64,000 nt of DNA, from positions 7 through 64,006 of the forward strand of contig JAZSMH010000061.1 in assembly GCA_045535785.1 (NCBI GenBank), written 5' to 3'. Positions within the stretch are counted from its first letter, which is position 1. Every line of letters starts with the position of its first letter. Of this stretch, positions 59,143 to 64,000 are shown piece after piece. The notes under the pieces are model-generated. The model ran no database searches, had not been told where the DNA came from, and was given only the letters and a program-made list of their open reading frames with translations. The position numbers and the translations under genes were made by a program. The stretch comes from Clostridia bacterium. GTDB taxonomy: Bacteria; Bacillota; Clostridia; Christensenellales; DTU072.

Positions 59143-59871
59143 ATGTTAAAAGAGCACGAAAGGTTAGACGACCTTGAGATAAAAGATTATCACGTTATTC
59201 AATCACCAGACGGATATTGCTTTACGTCGGATAGCGTTATGCTATCAAATTACGTTAACGTAAAAAAAACGGATAAAGTAGTTGATTTATGTACGGGTAG
59301 TGGTGTGATAGCCTTGCTGATTCACGCAAAATTCTCGCCGAAGCTTATCTATGGGATAGAAATACAGCCGCGACTTGCCGATATGGCTACGCGCAGCGTA
59401 AAATACAACGGACTTGAAGAGAGTATAAAAATAATCAACGCGCCCGTTCAAGGCTGCACGAAAATAATAGGTAGTGGCTTCGATGTGGTCACAGTCAATC
59501 CTCCTTACGACAAAACCGATTTAGTTGGTGACAAAGACGAATATTCCGAAAAGGATATTTGCAAAAGCGAAGTATGTCTAACGGTAGAAGAATGTGTTGA
59601 GTGGGGCGCTAAGCTACTTAGATTTGGCGGGACGTTTTACATGGTTAACAAAGCAAGAAGACTTGTAGACGTAATTTGCGCAATGCGAAACTGTGGGATA
59701 GAACCGAAAAAAATTCGCTTTATACAGCCGAAAGCATCAAAAGAAATAGACGTATTCGTAATTGAGGGTAAAAAAGGCGCAAAGCCTTCATTAACGTTAC
59801 CTACACCACTTATCGTATACAACGAAGACGGTACTTATACCGAAACGGCAAGGAGAATTTATAACAAATGA
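59143..59871 (+). CDS. SAM-dependent N6-adenine methyltransferase (TrmN6/YfiC-like tRNA methyltransferase)
   Basis: 242 aa. VVDLCTGSGVIAL SAM motif and VVTVNPPY catalytic motif. Immediately upstream of rsmI. Confidence 0.7.
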   Translation: MLKEHERLDDLEIKDYHVIQSPDGYCFTSDSVMLSNYVNVKKTDKVVDLCTGSGVIALLIHAKFSPKLIYGIEIQPRLADMATRSVKYNGLEESIKIINAPVQGCTKIIGSGFDVVTVNPPYDKTDLVGDKDEYSEKDICKSEVCLTVEECVEWGAKLLRFGGTFYMVNKARRLVDVICAMRNCGIEPKKIRFIQPKASKEIDVFVIEGKKGAKPSLTLPTPLIVYNEDGTYTETARRIYNK

Positions 59872-60674
59872 GCAAGCTTTATATGGTAGCAACACCGATA
59901 GGAAATTTAGGGGATATGACGATAAGAGCGTTAGAGACTCTTAAGTCCGTTGACGTTATCGCATGTGAAGACACTCGACATACATTGCCTTTGCTCACTC
60001 ATTTCGATATAAAAAAGCCCTTGATGAGCTACTATAAGCATAAGGAAAAAGAGGGCGCGGAAAAAATTATTACTCTACTTAACGAAGGTAAAAACGTTGC
60101 TCTTGTTTCCGATGCAGGAATGCCCTGCATTAGTGATCCAGGTAGCGCAGTAGTAAAAGAATTACTTAATCGCGGATACGAATACACCGTTGTTCCGGGT
60201 GCAAGCGCCGTAGTAAGCGCAATTGCCCTTACGGGTGTTGACGGTAGTTTTTCCTTCATAGGCTTTTTGCCAGAAAAGAAAAAGGATATAACGAGATTAC
60301 TCTTGCCGTACAAAGATATAGACACGAATTTAGTGTTTTACGTAGCACCGCACGACGTTGAGGACACTATCAAGGTGCTTTACGACAACTTAGGTGACCG
60401 CCCGCTTTACGCAGTCAAAGAAATAACGAAAATTCATGAAAAAGTTATCGTAGGTAGATTGTCCGGTATTACGATAGAAAATCAAAAAGGAGAATTCGTA
60501 TTCGTAGTTGGTAGACCTGACGGAGTAAAAGAAGAAGTAAGCGAAGACAAATTACGCTTCGAATTATCGGAATTAATTTTTGGTGGAATTGATAAAAAAA
60601 CTGCAACAAAAACGGTTGCCGAAAAGTACGGGATTTCTAAAAATATCGTATACAAATTATCAATCGATATTTAA
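59868..60674 (+). CDS. rsmI: 16S rRNA (cytidine1402-2'-O)-methyltransferase RsmI
   Basis: YMVATPIGNLGDMTIRALETL...ACEDTRHT. 268 aa, with an ATGA overlap onto the upstream gene. Confidence 0.92.
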   Translation: MSKLYMVATPIGNLGDMTIRALETLKSVDVIACEDTRHTLPLLTHFDIKKPLMSYYKHKEKEGAEKIITLLNEGKNVALVSDAGMPCISDPGSAVVKELLNRGYEYTVVPGASAVVSAIALTGVDGSFSFIGFLPEKKKDITRLLLPYKDIDTNLVFYVAPHDVEDTIKVLYDNLGDRPLYAVKEITKIHEKVIVGRLSGITIENQKGEFVFVVGRPDGVKEEVSEDKLRFELSELIFGGIDKKTATKTVAEKYGISKNIVYKLSIDI

Positions 60675-60682
60675 TATATTTT

Positions 60683-61186
60683 TTATAAAAATCTACACAA
60701 AAAACATGCTATAATTACACCCAAAAAACTTGCAAAAATCGAAATGGGAATACTTATAGCGATTTTTTTATTTTTTACGTTCGCAGTATATACGGCGACG
60801 ATATAAAGTATAGTATCGTTGGCCCCACAAATAACTGAGGCACATTTTCCTACGTAGCTATCGGGGCCGTAAGTAGAAAGTATATTCTCTAGACTAGCAA
60901 GCGAAGCACTACCCGATAGTGGCCTTACGATTATTAATCCAATAAGTTCTTTTGGGATACCAATATAAGATAAAGGGATTTCCAAAAGTTTACTTAGTCT
61001 ATCATTAAGTCCACTTTTTTCAAATAATTCTATAAGGATAAAAACACTTATTACGAATGGCATTAATGTGATAGTTAAGCGCATAGCTTCTTTTGCGCCT
61101 TGAACGAAGCTATCGTATAGAGATATTTTTTTTACGATAGAAGCTATCACCGTCATTATTATTACAATGGGGATTAGATAATTCAT
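60683..61186 (-). CDS. spmB: Spore maturation protein B
   Basis: 167 aa. VRPLSGSASL, GPDSYVG and GANDTILYIVAVY match the SpmB pattern. Confidence 0.8.
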   Translation of the reverse strand: MNYLIPIVIIMTVIASIVKKISLYDSFVQGAKEAMRLTITLMPFVISVFILIELFEKSGLNDRLSKLLEIPLSYIGIPKELIGLIIVRPLSGSASLASLENILSTYGPDSYVGKCASVICGANDTILYIVAVYTANVKNKKIAISIPISIFASFLGVIIACFLCRFL

Positions 61187-61710
61187 TTTACGAATATTTT
61201 TACCAATATTACACCTACGAGTGTAGAAATTATTGTAGATATAAGTGTTGGTAAAATTATATCTGAAGAAGCAGAATAAGAACTTCTCATACTAATAATC
61301 GTTGTTGGAATTAACTGAATTGACGTAGAATTAATAACAAGGAGCATTATTCGATTTTTGTTATTTTGCATTAATTCCGTTGCTTTAATTCCAGCGGGTG
61401 TAGCGGCACCGCCCATACCTAGAATATTTGCGCTAAGGTTAACGGATAAGTTATCGTAACATTCCGCTTGTTCGTTAGGAAATATTTTCGTTAGCAATGG
61501 TTGCATTTTTTTAGAGAGAAGAGTATCGAGTTTTAATTTTTCCCAAATTTTCATTAACGAGAGCCACACCGTGTATATTGCTAGAAGTTTTATAGAAAAG
61601 GTTATTCCTTGCATAGCTCCGTCCGACATAGTCTTTACGAATTGTTCGGGAGCAGAAAAGAGCATAATTAGCCCCGCGCTAAGGGTTACAAGACAAAAGA
61701 TAACGTTCAT
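61183..61710 (-). CDS. spmA: Spore maturation protein A (nucleoside-recognition domain)
   Basis: Start taken at ATG 61710. VWLSLMKIWE, ILGMGGAATPAGIKA and NSTSIQLIPTT match SpmA. Overlaps the spmB start by 4 nt. Confidence 0.78.
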   Translation of the reverse strand: MNVIFCLVTLSAGLIMLFSAPEQFVKTMSDGAMQGITFSIKLLAIYTVWLSLMKIWEKLKLDTLLSKKMQPLLTKIFPNEQAECYDNLSVNLSANILGMGGAATPAGIKATELMQNNKNRIMLLVINSTSIQLIPTTIISMRSSYSASSDIILPTLISTIISTLVGVILVKIFVK

Positions 61711-61920
61711 ATCAAAAAATATATGCCGACGTTCAAAAAAAATACTTTTATTAATGCGTAAAGGCACGCCTGTCGACGTGCCATTACTAGAGGGAACAAA
61801 ATGAATGACAATCCATATCGGATTTATCAACTGTATTGTAATATGGGTTCTTTAAAATAATATTAAATAATCGTTCAGTCGTTAAGAAGATTTTAAGGAA
61901 AAAACCTTTTCAAAAAACTA

Positions 61921-61949
61921 TTGCCAAAAGGATATCTTTATTGTATAAT
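61921..61949 (+). promoter_or_regulatory. Sigma-70 promoter of the LRR lipoprotein gene
   Basis: TTGCCA (61921-61926), 17-nt spacer, TATAAT (61944-61949). Confidence 0.6.
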
Positions 61950-61997
61950 AATTTAAATAATATACTTTTATTAAAGTACGCGCGAGGTTCGGTAACT

Positions 61998-64000
61998 ATG
62001 AAAGCGAAAAAACTTGTTTTGATTTTAAGTGCTATTATGCTACTTATTATGATGCTCACAGCTTGCTCTGACGAGCTTGTTAGCGTAGAATTCTACGTTG
62101 ACGGAGTTTTATATGATTCTTACAAAGTAGAAGCAGGCGGGTATCTTGACGAGATTCCTGAAGTTCCTGTAAAAGAAGGATATGTAGGTAAGTGGGACGT
62201 TACCGATTTTGATGAAATTACCGAACCCATCAAAGTTAACGCTATTTACACGAAGAATTTGTATACAGTAACCTTCGTAGCAGACGGAGCTATCGTTGCA
62301 ACAAGAACGGCTAACGTAGGTAAGCCTATTTCCGACGTGCCTGAAGTACCCTACAAAGAAGGATATACGGGAGAATGGAACGTAGTCAATTTCGTAGGGA
62401 TTTCAGTAGATACTACCGTTAACGCCGTTTATACTAGAAATACGTTGTACGCATCCTTTTACGATAGTGAGTACGTATATACCCCTGCAGTGGTAAAATA
62501 TGGTGATAAAATAACGGAAAAGATATATTACGTAGCCGACGGAATGGGTTACGTGCTTACCGATCATACTAAATTTAAGGAAGGGACGGCTTACTATACC
62601 CGCGCTCGCAAATTAGTTGCTAGGATTGCTGTTGAAGATGGCGTGGTAACGGGCATACCTGAGCTTCCTACAAAAGAGAATCTTTCTGTAAAATGGATGC
62701 AAGAAATAGTTGACGGAGAAAAAGTAACCTACGTTAATCCAAGTTACAAGAACGTTAGTACTAATATTACCATAGTTGCTTATTCTTACGTCACAATTAC
62801 GCTAGTAGATAATACCTTTGATGACGAAATTACCGATTTAACGGCTTGTGATATCGGCGAATCTTTCGATTCTATCGATAAAGTAAGGGATGACGTTCAA
62901 GAATACGAATTTTTCGGATGGTATTTTGATGACGAATTTTTACGTCCCGTAACCTTCCCATGTTCTTTCAGTACCAACGTTACGATATATGCAAAATGGG
63001 TTAGCGTAAAAAGTAGCGAAGGCTTGATGTATCTCGACGGAAAAGTAGTAGGATATTCGGGAACTGATACCGAAGTTTACGTACCGTATAAGTATTCCAC
63101 CGACGATGGAAAAGAATATATAGTTACGGCAATTAGCGAGGGTGCGTTCAAAGATAATCAAGACGTCGTTTCTGTTTATATGCCTAGTACAATAACCACA
63201 ATAGAGAGCAATGCGTTTTATAACTGTGCTAATTTAACTAACGTATATTACAACGACGGCTGTTATGTAGAAAGCATAGGTAATAACGCATTTAGAGATT
63301 GTATAAGTCTTATAGAAACCGACGTTTCTTCAGTGACGGCAATCATCGGTGAATATGCATTCAGCGGTTGCGAGAGGTTAGAAAGCGTCAATGGTATGCA
63401 ACTTTCTATAATCACGGAAATCAGTAACGGCTTATTTGAGGGTTGTACTGCAATAGAAGTAGTTAGTATTCCATCTACCGTTGCTTCGATAGGCGAAAAA
63501 GCATTCTCGGGTGCGATTTTATTAGATGTTGAGTTCGTTGATACCGATAGATTGACGAAGATAGGTTCTTATGCTTTTGAGAGTTGTTATAAATTTTCTG
63601 GAATAGAGGCACGCAATCTAGAAGAAATGGGTAGTAACGTATTCGATGGCTGTTACAGCATGACCAAAGGAACAATTTTGGGCGGTGGCAAGTTAACGGC
63701 ACTATTTTCTAGCGAAATAGAAAGTGAAGACGCGGATCGTTACTACGTTATTCATGGTGAGAATTCGGAGATTACTTACGTTCCTAAATTACTATATGCA
63801 GTCACAGTATCTAGAGGCAGTGGAAAAGTTGCCGAAAAAGCCTTCTATGATTTCTATTCTGTAAAAAGAGTTACTTTGGCAGAAGGAATTACGGAAATTG
63901 AGCCATACGCATTTGGAATGAGTGAGCATCAAACTACCGCAGGAGATTTTTCCATTAAACTTTCCTCAACGTTAATTACTATTGGTGAGTATGCGTTTAG
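61998..64000 (+). CDS. Large surface lipoprotein (3' end outside the window): InlB-B-type repeats followed by BspA-type leucine-rich repeats (LRR_5)
   Basis: The ORF is open from ATG 61998 to the window edge and is not in the ORF track because it has no stop. Lipobox LLIMMLTAC. EGYVGKWDV / EGYTGEWNV / YEFFGWYFD repeats. Then repeated I...AF..C..L..V.IP..V..IG..AF units. Confidence 0.8.
   Translation, partial: MKAKKLVLILSAIMLLIMMLTACSDELVSVEFYVDGVLYDSYKVEAGGYLDEIPEVPVKEGYVGKWDVTDFDEITEPIKVNAIYTKNLYTVTFVADGAIVATRTANVGKPISDVPEVPYKEGYTGEWNVVNFVGISVDTTVNAVYTRNTLYASFYDSEYVYTPAVVKYGDKITEKIYYVADGMGYVLTDHTKFKEGTAYYTRARKLVARIAVEDGVVTGIPELPTKENLSVKWMQEIVDGEKVTYVNPSYKNVSTNITIVAYSYVTITLVDNTFDDEITDLTACDIGESFDSIDKVRDDVQEYEFFGWYFDDEFLRPVTFPCSFSTNVTIYAKWVSVKSSEGLMYLDGKVVGYSGTDTEVYVPYKYSTDDGKEYIVTAISEGAFKDNQDVVSVYMPSTITTIESNAFYNCANLTNVYYNDGCYVESIGNNAFRDCISLIETDVSSVTAIIGEYAFSGCERLESVNGMQLSIITEISNGLFEGCTAIEVVSIPSTVASIGEKAFSGAILLDVEFVDTDRLTKIGSYAFESCYKFSGIEARNLEEMGSNVFDGCYSMTKGTILGGGKLTALFSSEIESEDADRYYVIHGENSEITYVPKLLYAVTVSRGSGKVAEKAFYDFYSVKRVTLAEGITEIEPYAFGMSEHQTTAGDFSIKLSSTLITIGEYAF

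Noticed and set aside
61711-61830. TTG-initiated N-terminal extension of SpmA (MINPIW...)
   Set aside because: The first residues superficially resemble SpmA N-termini. However, the following 35 aa are not hydrophobic, and the ATG at 61710 already gives a full-length SpmA alignment. This remains uncertain because neither start has a good Shine-Dalgarno.
62940-63702. Two minus-strand ORFs (62940-63161 and 63475-63702)
   Set aside because: They are antisense to the long open plus-strand frame encoding LRR repeats.

Overview
AT-rich chromosomal segment that looks like a Clostridia-type, endospore-forming Firmicute. This is an inference from gene content: a SpoIVFB-like M50 protease, a SpoVB/MurJ-like flippase, spmA/spmB, rplU-prp-rpmA with a Prp-cleavable L27 extension, minDE, and maf plus an MreB-like gene. 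Most of the window is housekeeping or metabolism: aspS, mnmA, rsmI, fba, GTP-PEPCK, a four-subunit 2-oxoacid:ferredoxin oxidoreductase operon, trkAH, ppx and ogg. Three very large predicted surface proteins interrupt it. The first is a 4,670-aa N-terminally anchored repeat protein (2365-16377). The second is a 2,690-aa protein with a signal peptide, four GLUG modules, MBG-type repeats and a C-terminal TM anchor (20188-28182). The third is a lipoprotein with InlB-B-type repeats and BspA-type LRRs that runs off the right edge (61998 onward). RNA and regulatory content: one intact tRNA-Ser(CGA) sitting in an array of tRNA-derived partial copies, a THF riboswitch, a class-II-like cobalamin riboswitch, several near-consensus sigma-70 promoters and several intrinsic terminators. 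I saw no CRISPR array, transposase, integrase, phage genes or recognisable defence system. The observations most worth a second look are the two giant adhesin-like ORFs, the tRNA-Ser-derived array at 786-1460, an MreB paralogue with all nucleotide-binding motifs degenerate, a tandem-duplicated GH2-like protein lacking the catalytic nucleophile, an ABC transporter gene broken at an A5 run, four genes with leaderless-type promoter geometry, and recurrent GCGCGC elements in promoters and 5' UTRs. All calls come from reading the sequence and ORF translations by eye. No database search was run.
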